Below the pieces are notes generated by a model. The model saw only the letters and a program-made list of their open reading frames with translations. It had not been told where the DNA came from and made no database searches. Below are positions 52,000-64,000 of a DNA stretch of 64,000 nt, piece by piece. The stretch is from Chiloscyllium plagiosum (lineage: Eukaryota). Numbering within the stretch: the first letter of the stretch is position 1; the number at the start of each line of letters is the position of its first letter. A program made the translations under genes and the position numbers. Where the stretch lies: the NCBI RefSeq assembly GCF_004010195.1, contig NC_057750.1:19477366-19541365 (forward strand), read 5' to 3'.

Positions 52000-52736
52000 C
52001 AGAGCCATCTGTGATACTTGGCACTTCATGTTTCCAGGAACCTTGCCTCAAATAATCACTCAAGTGATCTCCAAGCAAAGACACTGACTGCAAGTCATGC
52101 TATTGTTAAAAGAATGTACAATGTCACTTTGACCATATAACATCAAAACAGTCCTGCAGTCAAGGCAAGTCAGCAGTTGGAAAAGTGCAAACAGCCAACC
52201 AATTTAACCACAAACCCATCCCTCATGCCAATTTCTTGCATGCCATGAATTTCAAAGTTTCTCTTACTTATCTTCTATCGGGCACTTTTCATCCCTTTAT
52301 CTAGCACAGTTGGGAGGGATACAGTGTCTAAATATCATATCACAATGGCCTCAGTCCAAAAGTACTTGGATGCTGATATCAAATAGTGTACATGCTGATG
52401 CTTTAATCACGTTTGATCATGGCAATCACTGATCTGAGATGCATATGCTAAGAAGTGCACTCTTGAACCCAGCTTCCCAATGGAAAACAAAGTAATGCAG
52501 GTGAAAGGCCAAAGGGTTACCAATTCAGGGGATACGGTTGCCATAAAGTTGCATGATTTCTAAAAGAAGTGTTTAACTGCACAGTATCTACGGCAATAGC
52601 ACAGGGAATCTGAAATATTTGTGGATTACATGTGAAAACTTACAGTAAAAAGTTCACTTCCAGAATTTATTTTTTAAAATAGTTATAAGTTAAAAAGAAT
52701 ATGGCAGGGATATGATTAGAAACAACGTTTTAAAGT

Positions 52737-53042
52737 TCATTCAGGAGATGAGGGCATTGCTGCTCGGCCAGCTTTATTGCCCTAACTGTCCAGAGGTCAA
52801 CCACATTGCAGTGGGCCTAGAGTCACATGTAGGCCAAAAGAATGGCAGTATCCTTTCCTAAATGTCATTAATGACCCAGATGGGTTGTTTCCGACAATCT
52901 ACATTTATGGTCAGATTTTTTTACTGAATCCACATTCCACCATCTGCCGTGGCGGGTTCTGAACTCCAGTCCCCAGGTACTGCACATTACCTAAGTCTCT
53001 GGATTAACAATCCAGTGATAATACCATTAAATTATGGCCTCC
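52737..53042 (-). mobile_element. Second tRNA-headed SINE, tail shared with the 26430-type LINE
   Basis: Degenerate A/B boxes (gagttcagaaccc); tail gggcaataaagctggcc...cagcaatgccc. Confidence 0.72.
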
Positions 53043-55314
53043 ATTGTGTTGAAATTTATCCACGATTTAAGCATGCTAATGCAAAATTAATTTCAACTCC
53101 CCATCTCTTCCTAGCTAGTTTGTTACCATCTCTAATCAAAAATGTATGATTGCTCCCCAATTTCCCACAGATAGAGCAAGTTAAATGCGCAAATGAGCTA
53201 ATTAAGCTTATCACTGACATGATTCCACCTCGTTTTAATTATGTTGCAAATCTAAATACAGCTGCCCCCATTGTATAATTGGAACAGGACCACCCTTGTT
53301 TATGGGAGGTACTTTCTCAATCATCACAAAGAGTCATTAGGTGTTGCTTAGTGATAACAATGTGATGATCATATGATTGGGTCAGCATTTTGCATCATTT
53401 TCTGGGACCAGCAAAGTTTTGAGCAGGCACTGATTCTGAATCCTGTCATTCAGCAAGAGTGTCAGAGCTAAAATTGATGCACTAGCTCTTTTGCTACCAG
53501 AACTAAATTGCAGGAAAAATAAACCTATGTAACAAACTATTTTGGACCTCTTTTGCCTACATATTAGGCTAATAAATGTGTGCTGGGTTGCGGCTTTCTA
53601 CTTTGACTTTTATCAGTGGAAATTTCTTCAATATTAGTTAGCTTTCTGCACCTTTGCAATCTTACACACTATCTTGGTTCAAGAAGGTGTGTCCACTCTA
53701 TACATGAGTGATGAATAACATTGTCTGGATGGCAAATTGACTTTGTAATGTAGCAGAAGGGTTGGAAGATTTGTCTTCATGGCACTATTACAAAATTAAG
53801 ATGCAATCACCTGGGAATGCCTGTCGAGTTCTGATTTTCAAGATCCACCTCAGGGATTACAGTGAAGCAGATGCAACGAGTAAGGTTTGGTCAACCAATG
53901 ACAGCTCGTTTCAGTGTGAAGAACTGACTGAGCCATCCACTCCAACCTATTAAAGCTGTCTTGTCTTAACAAGCAAAGCACATTTGAACAGAATTGTTTA
54001 CAGCATTTTATGGAACATTCATTTCTAAGTGCACTTCAATCCTATGCACAGCCTCTGGCAACTTCTAATGAGCTGTAAATGGTAAAGCAGCAGCTACTCA
54101 TTGTGGGCAACTGCGATATGGGACTAGAGCACCTTGTTTTCAGCCACGAAATTAGATGTCAAGTTAATGCTGCACTGAAAGACTTGAGATACTTATGAAA
54201 GTGTCCCAAGAGGAGTACCCAACAAAAGCTAAACTTTTGTGCATTAATTTACTGTTTGCCACTTAATTCTTTATAAAGCCTTGGTTTCCATACACTTGGT
54301 GCAGGGTGTCATTGAATTGCCTGCACCAAGACAAACATATATCAATGAAGGGAGCAATTCATTTGCTAAAGTTTAAGATAGAATTACTTGCTATCACCTT
54401 CTTAATGTAATATGCAAACGAGATCCACAATGATCAACAATCGAGAATCATTCATCATTCATAATGCTTTGCACTCAATTTAGGCTCGACCTTCAGGCCC
54501 GAGTGAGTTGAGCAATTAATCTCCAGGATTATTTATGATCTCAGCTGAACTAACTGAGTGTGCAAATATTATCTTCCACTCATTGATACATTGGAAAAAT
54601 CTTCACTGTAAATCAACCTAAAATAATGTTGTTAATGATTGTGTCTAAATCCAAGGTTAATTGCCATTGTAAATGGTTAGCTCTAATGAGAATCCTATTT
54701 GACCTCAAACGCAAAGAATATCAGCAACAACATTCACATCACCATCAATATTGGAAGCATTGCTCTGGTAATTCCCAGGTTATGAATCTGGACTGTACAA
54801 TGACTGCTCCCTATTTACATGTTAATCAGCATGTTCAAGACTGTGTTCAAAGTATTCAACTGGTAATTAATGAATCTCATAAGGTATGCACAGTCAGAAA
54901 TGGTAATAGGCATGGAGGCTGGCAGAAATGGAGGTAAAAATCCAAATAGTTCAGTGAAACCTGCCTGTGAGCCATATAATGCAAACCCTTCAAGAATGCA
55001 TATGTGTAAGGTGTATCACAACATATCTAAACAGGTTGATTGAAATGCTTGCACAATTGATGAAAGAAAATCCTAATCTGGAGTAGGAGTTTGTATTATT
55101 TTAATTTATCAGACTAACAAGAGCACAACTTTGGTACGGCAATTCATTAGAGTTTATAACATTGCAGAATCTTCTGTTGACTTTACCATAATTTACTTGA
55201 AGCAAAATATTCTACTTGAGCAGCCTTACTGGGGAGCATTTCAGAACACAAACATTTTAGCCTGAGAGTCTTGGTTCATTAAAATGAATGATTTCAATCA
55301 TTCAGGCTGATGTT

Positions 55315-55654
55315 CGGTTGCCAACTCTGGCTGGGTGTATTCCTGCAGTCTTTATCCTGTCACTTTATCCTTCCATCAGACCGGGCATCACATTACCACT
55401 ATTGTCAAACATTTTGGATGATCATTCTCAGGCCACTGAAAAGCAATCAGACTCTTCATATTTCATTGGAATATTCTTGACCGCAATTAAATGAGCTTTC
55501 ACAATGTTCCAACATTTTTATCAATATGATATGAAGTATTGAATGATTTTATTTTTCTTGCTATGTTGAGCCTTCTCTCATGCTTCTCTGCTATGTGTTG
55601 GAGGTTAATCTTCAAATCTGGAGATACCAAGGGAATCCTGGAGGGTTGGCACCT
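55315..55654. mobile_element. Possible old hAT-like MITE
   Basis: Imperfect termini ggttgccaactct / agggttggcacc; no TSD visible. Confidence 0.35.
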
Positions 55655-57039
55655 GATGAATTCCAATTTCCTGATGTGTAGAGAAAGCTGAAGGAAGGAA
55701 AATTTCCTCAACATTTCAGTGACAAGAGCTTCGTTTCACAAGAGATGGTCATTTATTTTCTGTCAAACTGCTTCTAATTGTGTTGTTCTGAGAGTTGTTG
55801 CATTGGACACAAATGCTCTTCATTTTGATGCATGATTGATGCAAAAATATAAACCCTAATTAACACAGCTTCTCAGGCACTCTCAGCAAGTACAAAATAG
55901 AACTTCTCTATAAAATAATCAACATTTGATGTTTCTATGTAGTGAAATTGAAATTTGGGTTCAGCATACCCATAATAGTTCATCTACTTTACATTGAGTT
56001 TGTGATCCATAATTTGTTTTAGCTATTCCCTGTAAAGACAACCCGCCTGCTTTAGATGCAACTCAAATCATCTTAAAGTATGAACATATTATTCCTGTCT
56101 CCCTCATGTGCTTAGCAAATTTCACCTTAAATACATCAATTCTATTCACTTCACCTACACTTGTAGTGGCACATTCCACTTTTTAAAAACAGGACAGACA
56201 TTCTTTGGAGATGTGACAAGGATATATAGTCCACAAAGGTTGGTCCACTTCAGGTTTGAGATACAGATTGAATTGGAGCCTAACTCCCCTGTTGCTAAAA
56301 AGGACGTGGGTACTGTGCTGCACCGAGCTCCAGTTTAATCCTGCATTACATGTGACTTCCAGCTGACCTGGGATAACTTAAACGGAAAACCCACTGTTCC
56401 TCATTTCAGGGTTAGCAAGCTTCATTTTAAACAATTATTTCAGATTGAGGGACTTGTGGGCTTGCAGTTGGATGAAGACTGAGGTCGAAGTGCCTTTTGA
56501 GGAGTAATTCGTTTTCGACAGTTTTGGGAATTTTGTCAATTCCCAATTTCTAATATTATTTATAGGAATTTATCTAATAGAAATTCCTGCTTTTCACATC
56601 AGTAGAACCTTAAGGCCTGGCAATGTTCAGCCGGTGACACGACACACTTCAGCATTGTTTTCATGTTTCACTTTGTACTTCCAAAGAAGTTTCCCTTTTC
56701 TTGACAAGCCTGGTCTTCATGAAGCTCTATTTTCTCCAGAGTAAATCCTTGGTGTAAAGCAGCATAAGCGGTGGATTTTTAAAGTTTAGAGAAACTGGCT
56801 GCAAATTGAATCCACACACAGTGTTCCCCACCTGTCCACAGCATAGCCCAGCTGATTGTTAACTGCTCGAAATCCTTCTCGTTCATTTGTGACGTTTTAA
56901 GGGAGGTTGCTTTCTTACATAAGTTTTGCAAAGATTTTGTTAAAATATCAATGTATATACTTTGATACAAACTGTAATTAATTCCAGCCCCTTCATGTTG
57001 CACATGCTGTTCTGTATCTGAGTTGCTTTTTTTTAATGA

Positions 57040-57045
57040 AATAAA
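57040..57045 (+). promoter_or_regulatory. Candidate distal polyadenylation signal AATAAA
   Basis: U-rich upstream, T/G-rich downstream, at the end of the repeat-poor zone. Confidence 0.45.
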
Positions 57046-58780
57046 TCTTGTTTTATTGCATTCCAATGTGTAAATATCGCTGGAATTGAACAGACACAAA
57101 GTGTAATTCAAATTACTGGCCACGAGGAGGCCCTCGATTGAATGTAGAGCGCCGAGCTCTGAAAAAACATTTCACAGTACCGTACTCATTTGAGTACGTG
57201 ACAATAAAGCTAATTCAATTCTTCACTGGGGGGAAAAAAAGAAGTCGCTTTTTCCCCAGCACATTTCCCCTTTTGCAGCTCTTTAAATATCAAATTTTCA
57301 GGCATTTATCCAGTTTATTTTTAAAAGTTGCCACCTGTTGCCTCCCTCCCCTCGCCTTTTCAAGTCACACATTCTCGATCTAAATTTGCACGGTTAACAT
57401 TCTCCTAAACACCCCTCTGGTTCTTTAGCAATTTATCTTAAAGAGTCTTCTCTTACAGTAACACAAGCAATTACGCATTTGACCAAGTCAAGCAGCACTA
57501 CAACCTGCATGAAAAGTAAAACATTTTCTTTAATGATTTTTAGACCAAAAACATAGGACATAGAACAGTACAGTACAATATAGGCCCTTGGGCCTTTTAT
57601 CCTACTCTAAGATCAGACTAACCATGTACCCTTCATTGTACTAACTTCCACCTGCCTATCTAAGAGTTGCTCAGCTGCTCCATATGTATCTGTCTGCTAC
57701 CACCACTGCCAGTGCATTCCATGCACCCACTCTTTTCTGTGTAAAGAACCTAACTCTGACATCTCCTCAGATGTTCCTCCAATCACCTTAAAATTATGCC
57801 TCCTCATGACAGACATTTCCACCGTGGGAAAAAGTCTTGGCTGTCCCCTCTATCTATGCCTCTCATCACCTTGTACACCTTTATCAAGTCACCACTCATT
57901 CTTCTTCGCCCCAATGAGAAAAGTCCTAGCTCCCTCAACCTTTCTTCATAAGATATGTCCTCCAGTCCATGCAGCATCCTGGTAAATTTCCTTTGCACCC
58001 TCTCTAAAGCTTCCATATCCTTCCTATAATGAGGCGACCAGAACTGAACACAATATTCCAAGTATGCTCTAACCAGGGCTCCATAGAGCTGCAGCATAAC
58101 CTGACGATTCTTAAACTCAATTGCCCCGTAATGAAAGCCAAGACTCTATACGCCTCCTTGACAACCCTATCAACTTGAGTGGCAACTTTGAGGGATCTAT
58201 GGACATGGACCCCAAGATCCCTCTGCAAATCCACACTGCCAAGAATCCTGCCTTTAACCCTGTATTCTGCATTCAAATTTGACCTTCCAAAGTGAATCAC
58301 TTAACACTTTTCCATGTTGAACTCCATCTGCCACTTATCAACCCAACTCTGAATCTTGCCAATATCCCATTGCAACCAGCAACAGTCCTCCACATCCATC
58401 ACTCCACGAAACCTTGTGTCATCAGAAAATTTACAAACCCACCCTTCCACTCCCTCACCCAGGTCATTTATAAAAATCACAAAGTGCAAAGGTCCCAGAA
58501 ACAATCCCTGCAGAACACCACTGGTCACAAGCTTCAGGCTGAATACTTTCCATCTATCACCACCCTCTGTCTTCTATGGGTCAGCCAATTCTGTATCCAG
58601 ATAGCCAGAATTCCCTGTATTCCATGCCTTCTCACTTTCTGAATGAGCCTACCGTGGGGAACCTTATCAAATGCCTTGCTAAAATACAAGTACACCTCAT
58701 CCACTCTACCTTCAATGGGTTTTGTCACATCCTCAAGGAATTCAATAAGGCTTGTGAGGCATGACTTGCCTCTCACAAAG

Positions 58781-58843
58781 GTAAAAACAATGACTGCAGA
58801 TGCTGGAAACCAGATTCTGGATTAGTGGTGCTAGAAGCTCTTC
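58781..58843 (-). mobile_element. 63-nt PLE-type 3' tip with 16-nt target duplication
   Basis: cttgcctctcacaaag at 58765 and 58844; gactgcagatgctggaaaccaga resembles the tails at 22571-22595 and 51195-51220. Confidence 0.75.
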
Positions 58844-59959
58844 CTTGCCTCTCACAAAGCCATGCGGACTATCTCTAACCAAACAATGGTTTTCCAAGTA
58901 ATTATAAATTGTGTCTCTAAGAATCCTCTCTAATACTTGACCCACCATAGACGTGAGACTGACTGTAATTCCTAGGATTATCCCTATTTCCTTTCTTGAA
59001 CAAGAGAAAAACATTTGCCACTCTCCAATCATCTGGCACAACTCCAGTGAACAATGAGGACACAAAGATCATCGCCAAAGGTGCAACAATCTCTTCCCTC
59101 GCTTCCTGTAGTAACCTTGGTATAGTCCAACTGGCCTTATGATTTTCAAAATTTTCAGTACATCCTCCTTCTTAACATCAACCTGTTCAAGCGTATCAGT
59201 TTGTTTCACGCTGTCCTCAGAAAGATTAAGATCCCTCTCAGGCGCAAGTTCCCTCCACTATCCCTGACTGGCCCTACCCTCATTCTGGCAATCCTCTTAT
59301 TTCTCACCCAAGTGTAGAATGCCTTAGGGTTTTCCTTAATCCTACTCCCAATTTTTTTTCATGTCCCCTTCTAGCTCTCCTAAGTCCATTCTTCAGTTCC
59401 TTCCTGGCTACCTTGTAACCCTCTAGAGCTCTCTTGATCCTAGCCTCCTCAACCTTAAGTAAACTCTCTTCTTCCTCTTGACTAGGTGTTCCACATTCCT
59501 TGTCACCCAAGGTTCTTTCAATCTACCATCTCTTCTTTGCCTCAGTGGGACAAACCTGTCCAGCACTATCAGCAAGTGCTTCCTAAACAACCTCCACACT
59601 TGTCGTGCATTTTCCTGAGAACATCTGTTCCCAATTTCTGCCTAATAGCATTGTAATTCCCCTCCCCCAATTAAATACTTTCCCATACTATCTGCTCATA
59701 TCCCTCTCCATGATTATAGTAAAAGTCAGGGTGTTGTGATCACTGTCACCAAAGTGCTCTCCCACCAAGAGATTTGACATCTGGCCTGGTTTGTTGCTAA
59801 ACATCAAATACAATATGGCACCTCCTTTAGTTGGCCTATCTCCATACTGAATCAGGAACCCTTCCTGGACACACCTGACAAAAAATGCTCCATCCAACTA
59901 TTTGAATTAAGGAGGTTCCAATCAATATTAGGAAATTTAAAGTCACCCATGCCAACATC

Positions 59960-60083
59960 TAGAACATAGAACATAGAACATAGAACATAGAAGAATACAG
60001 CGCAGTACAGGCCCTTGGGCCCTCGATGTTGCGCCGATCCGCCCTGTAGTACACACTTATCCCTCTCCATCACAAGTGTAAAA
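59960..60083 (-). mobile_element. Young-family CR1 tip with (ttctatg)n tail fused to a short endonuclease-region fragment
   Basis: 59960-60040 matches 37100-37161; 60041-60083 reads FTLVMERDKCVLQG. Confidence 0.75.
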
Positions 60084-60629
60084 ATCTTTGCACCTTTCCA
60101 AAGTCTGCCTCCCAATCTGCTCCTCCAGATCTCTGTTGCTGTTGGGGGGGGTCTGCAGAAAACTCCCAATTTAGTGACTGCTCCTTTTCGGTTTCTGAAG
60201 TCCACCCATACTAACACCGCAGACAAACCCTCCTCAACAACCTCCCTTTCTGCAGTGGTGATACTATCCCTGATTTAGAATGCCATTCCCCCATCTCTTT
60301 TACCTCCCTCCCTATTCCTTTTGAAACATCTAAACCCTGGAACGTCAAACAATTATTCCTGCCCCTTTGATATCCAAGTCTCCGTAATGGCCACAACATC
60401 ATAGTCCCATGTACTGATCCATGCTCGAAGTTCATCACCCTAATTCCTGATACTTCTTGCATTAAATTAGATACACTTCAACCCATCACACTGACCACAC
60501 CTTTGTCCCATCAAGTGCTTATTCCTCCTCTCAGACTGTCTGCACACTGTATCTGGCTGCTCACTACCTACTCCATCATCTGATCCATAACTCTGGATCC
60601 CATCCCCCTGCCAATCTAGTTTAAAACCT

Positions 60630-61010
60630 ATGACCATAAAATGTAGATCATTCAGCCCTTTGAATCTGTTTGACCATTGAGATTGTGGCTGATCTGATCA
60701 TTTTTAACTCCAATTTCTTACCTTTCCTACTTTTTCCCATAAGCTTCAGTTCCCTTATTAATTAAAAATATCAGTCTCCAAATTCAATCTACTTAACAAC
60801 TTGGTCTCGACAGCATTCTTTGATATAAGAATTCTCAGAGAAAGAAATCCTCCTAATTTGTACCCTAATAGAGTGACCCTTACTCTGAGATTATATTTTA
60901 TAGTTCTGGACTCTTGCAGAAAAAGAAATAGCCTTTCTGCATCCACCCAATGAAGTTTTCTCTCTTTCTTTTAAAATCCAATAGGGTACAAGCCCAACCC
61001 ACTCACATTT
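60630..61010 (-). mobile_element. Old CR1 3' fragment
   Basis: MDAERLF...ESRT...NLRVR. Confidence 0.65.
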
Positions 61011-61344
61011 CCCTGCACAAAAAAATCAAAAATTTAACACTCCTCTCTAAAATGCTGGAATATTTTTAAAATCAGTAGTATGTCAGTAATGTTCATAACT
61101 TGATGAACTGAGCAACTTTCCACAAGGTAATCAAAGCCTTTAACATCTTGTCCAAAATGGTGGCAGTTTCCTAATATTAGTAGTAGATGTCAGTAAATGG
61201 TATAACTTTGTAAGACAAGCAACAATCAAACTTCTAATAATGCTCAATAAAATGTTGGCACATTTTTAAAACAAGCAGTATTTGTCAATAAAATACAGCA
61301 CTCAGTGGGATGAGCCATTCAAATAGTTTAACAATTTATGTCCC

Positions 61345-62010
61345 TCTTGGTTATTGTGTCCCTCCGCACCTCCTGGTTACTGTGACCCTGCCAGTTACTT
61401 GGGTCACTCCCCGCCTCTTGGTTACTGTGACCTTGCCAGTTATTGGGTCCCTCCTTACCTCCTGGTTACTGTGACCTTGCCAGTTACTGGGTCCATCCCC
61501 ACCTCCTGGTTACTGTGACCCTGCCAGTTACTGGGTCCATCCCCACCTCCTGGTTACTGTGACCCTCCCAGTTACTGGGTCCCTCCCTACATTATGGTTA
61601 CTGTGACCCTGCCAGTTACTGGGTCCATCCCCACCTCCTGGTTACTGTGACCTCCCAGTTTCTGGGTTCCTCCCTACATTATGGTTACTGTGACCCTGCC
61701 AGTTACTGGGTCCCTCCCCACCTCCTGGTTACTGTGACCCTGCCAGTTACTGGGTCCATCCCCACATTCTGGTTACTGTGACCCTGCCAGTTTCTGGATT
61801 CCTCCCCACAATATGGTTACTGCGACCCTGCCAGTTACTGGGTCCCATACCACGTCTTGGTTACTGTGTACCTGCCAGTTACTGTGTCCCTCCTGGTTAC
61901 GGTGTGCCTAGCCACTTCCTGGTTGGTGTGTGCCCCCTTCCCACCTCCCAGTTGCTGTACCCTTCCCCTGCCTCGTGCTTTCTGTGTCCCAGTTACTGTG
62001 TCTCCCTGTA
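61345..62010. repeat. Minisatellite, 44-bp unit, about 12 good copies plus decayed flanks
   Basis: cctcctggttactgtgaccctgccagttactgggtccatcccca; ggttactg recurs at 61375, 61420, 61464, 61508, 61552, 61596, 61640, 61683, 61727, 61771, 61815, 61859. Confidence 0.95.
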
Positions 62011-62375
62011 GAAACAGACCCTTAAGTTAAAATTAGGATATACAGTACCAACCTAATCTGGTCCCATTTACCAGCACTTGGCCCATATTTCTCTAAACCC
62101 TTCCTTTTCTTATACCCATCCAATCCCTTTTAAATATTTTAATTGTACCAGCCTCCACCACTTCCTCTGGCAACTCGTACCATACACGCACCACCCTCTG
62201 CATGGAAATATTGCCCCTTCGGTCCCTTTTAAATAAGGTCACCCCTCAGCCTCCAACGCTCCAGAGAAAACAGCCACAGTCTATTCAGCCTCTCCCTATA
62301 GATCAAATCCTCCAAACAGGCAACATCCTTGTAAATCTTTTCTGAACCCTTACAAATTTCAAAACATCCTTCCAA
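62010..62375 (-). mobile_element. HER1-like CR1 3' fragment with internal deletion
   Basis: Reverse complement of 2650-3100-like sequence. Confidence 0.85.
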
Positions 62376-62376
62376 T

Positions 62377-63520
62377 CAGATTTACACTCAGAAGAATTTG
62401 CCCCACTTCAAATTCAAATCTCAGAATGATTTCAGTCTCGCCAGATTCACATGCACCATTTGTCTGTGCTCGACAGGTTGGCACGTGTGGTGATTCTGCT
62501 CCAGTCAGATTCACATTCAGCATGATTTCTGACCTTTCAGATTCACACTCACAATTGCCATGGGGCGGCACGGTGGCTAGCACTGCTGCCTCACAGCGCC
62601 GGAGACCCGGGTTCAGTTCCCGCCTCAGGCGACTGTGTGGAGTTTGCACATTCTCCCGTGTCTGCGTGGGTTTCCTCCGGGTGCTCCGGTTTCCTCCCAC
62701 AGTCCAAAGATGTGCAGGTCAGGTGAATTGGCCATGCTAAATTGCCTGTAGTGTTAGGTTAGGGGTATGGTGGGTTGCGCTTCGGCGGGTCGGTGTGGAC
62801 TTGTTGGGCCGAAGGGCCTGTTTCCACACTGTAATCTAATCTAAATCTAAATTCATATTCTCCCTCACTGGTTATAGTCTAATCAGATTCATGCTCACAA
62901 TAATTCCAGTCTAGTCGGAGTCACACTCAGAATGATTCTGGTCAGGTAAGATTCACACTCATAATTAATCTGTTTCAATCAGACTTAAAATGAGAATGCT
63001 TCTGGCCTAATCAGATTCATACTCAGAATGAGTTCTATCTAATCAGATTTACCCTTTCTGATCTGATCCTCTAAACTTCACATTAAGAATGCGAACTGCC
63101 AGTCAGACTCACACTGAGAATTATTCTGTTTTTATTACAATCAGATTCACACTCAGAATAAGTCTTGTCTAGTCAAAATCACAAAAAAAGTGATTCCACT
63201 CTAGCAAAATTCACAGTGAGAATCATTCCATGGTCGTCAGATTGACACTCAGAATTAACCCTGTCTAATCAGATTCGGTCTCAGAATGAACCCGCTCTAG
63301 TGAGATTCAGATTGAGAAAGCTAACTGTGTAGTCACATTCACATTCAGAATGCTAACACTACCGTAGGATTTACACTTATGGATTCCACTCTAGCCAGAC
63401 TGACAGACAATGATTCTGGTCAAGTCAGCTTCACGCTCAAAAGATTTGAAGCTACTCAACTTGAGACACAGTGTGATTCACACTCAGACACATGCTGCGC
63501 TTGTCAGATTCACACTCAAA
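62377..63520. repeat. Degenerate 32-bp tandem array (about 25 units) interrupted by an HE1 SINE
   Basis: cagattcacactcagaatgatt-like motif at 62884, 62916, 62948, 62980, 63012, 63044. Confidence 0.85.
62562..62851 (+). mobile_element. HE1-type V-SINE, young, 8-nt deletion in A box
   Basis: Near-identical to 15650-15950; (atcta)n tail. Confidence 0.93.
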
Positions 63521-63532
63521 GTGTGGACTGGG

Positions 63533-63793
63533 CTGGTACAGTGGCTCTGTGGTAAGTGGTTAGCACTGCTGCCTCACAACATTGGGGACCCAGGTTTTAT
63601 TCTAGTCTCGGGCAACTTTCTGTGTGGAGTTCTCATATTCATATTCGGCTTCCTCCCACAGGTGGTTTGGCCATGCTAAACTGCCCATAGTGTCCTGGGA
63701 TGTGTAGATTAGATGGATTAGCCATGGGAAATGCAGAGCCACAGAGATAGTGAGAGTCTGGGTGGGATGCCCTTTGGAGAGTCAATGTGGACT
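63533..63793 (+). mobile_element. HE1-type V-SINE, older
   Basis: gtggttagcactgctgcctcaca head, degenerate V-domain. Confidence 0.8.
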
Positions 63794-63795
63794 TA

Positions 63796-64000
63796 GAGAG
63801 GCATAGAGATGTACAGCACAGAAACAGACCCTTCGATCCAATTCATTCATGCTGATCAGATATCCTACATTAATCTAGTCCCATTTGTCCCATTGCCTTC
63901 TAAACCTTCCTGTTCATATATACCCACTTAGTGGTGGGTATGTGGTGGAGGCTGTTGTAATTGTAACAGCCTCCACCACATCCTCTGGCAACTCATTCCA
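63796..64000 (-). mobile_element. HER1-like CR1 3' tip running off the window
   Basis: catagagatgtacagcacagaaacagaccc. Confidence 0.85.

Larger units (their letters stand above)
52000..57070 (+). other. AXL: Probable AXL 3' UTR (up to about 5 kb)
   Basis: Largely free of CR1/HE1 copies, unlike both flanks; AATAAA at 53518, 53571 and 57040; true end not determinable from DNA. Confidence 0.5.
57548..60625 (-). mobile_element. CR1 LINE, nearly complete degenerate ORF2, with two small nested insertions
   Basis: VGMGDFKFP, GDSDHN, SGVLQG...FSDD, LEYCVQFWSP. Confidence 0.92.

Noticed and set aside
54626..54937. 103-aa ORF with a Q/H-rich run
   Set aside because: No recognisable domain or exon partners; likely a chance ORF in the putative UTR.
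61345..63520. CRISPR-like appearance of the 44-bp and 32-bp arrays
   Set aside because: Units are contiguous tandem repeats without unique spacers, there are no cas genes, and the context is a vertebrate genome.

Overview
Eukaryotic, not prokaryotic: a cartilaginous-fish (shark-type) genomic segment, judged from its HE1-type V-SINEs and HER1/CR1 LINEs. The only host gene is the 3' part of AXL (TAM-family receptor tyrosine kinase, + strand). Seven GT-AG exons (389-466, 19797-19889, 28834-28955, 35303-35412, 42050-42209, 49701-49837, 51579-51999) splice in frame into the kinase domain and C-terminal tail, followed by a probable long 3' UTR. The rest is mostly nested transposon debris: several CR1 families, two SINE/LINE partner pairs, a Gypsy-type solo LTR and gag relic, a Harbinger transposase relic, a TA-flanked MITE, minisatellites and one N-gap. 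The most interesting signal is a set of Penelope-like element (PLE) insertions from at least three sequence families that carry minimal hammerhead-ribozyme motifs. Three are ORF-less 176-390 bp fold-back cassettes with 14-18 bp target duplications and a 35-37 nt unpaired tail. Every hammerhead copy on the AXL sense strand has a broken catalytic core, while the core-intact copies are antisense. Family names are assigned by recognition, not database search, and boundaries of old repeats are approximate.
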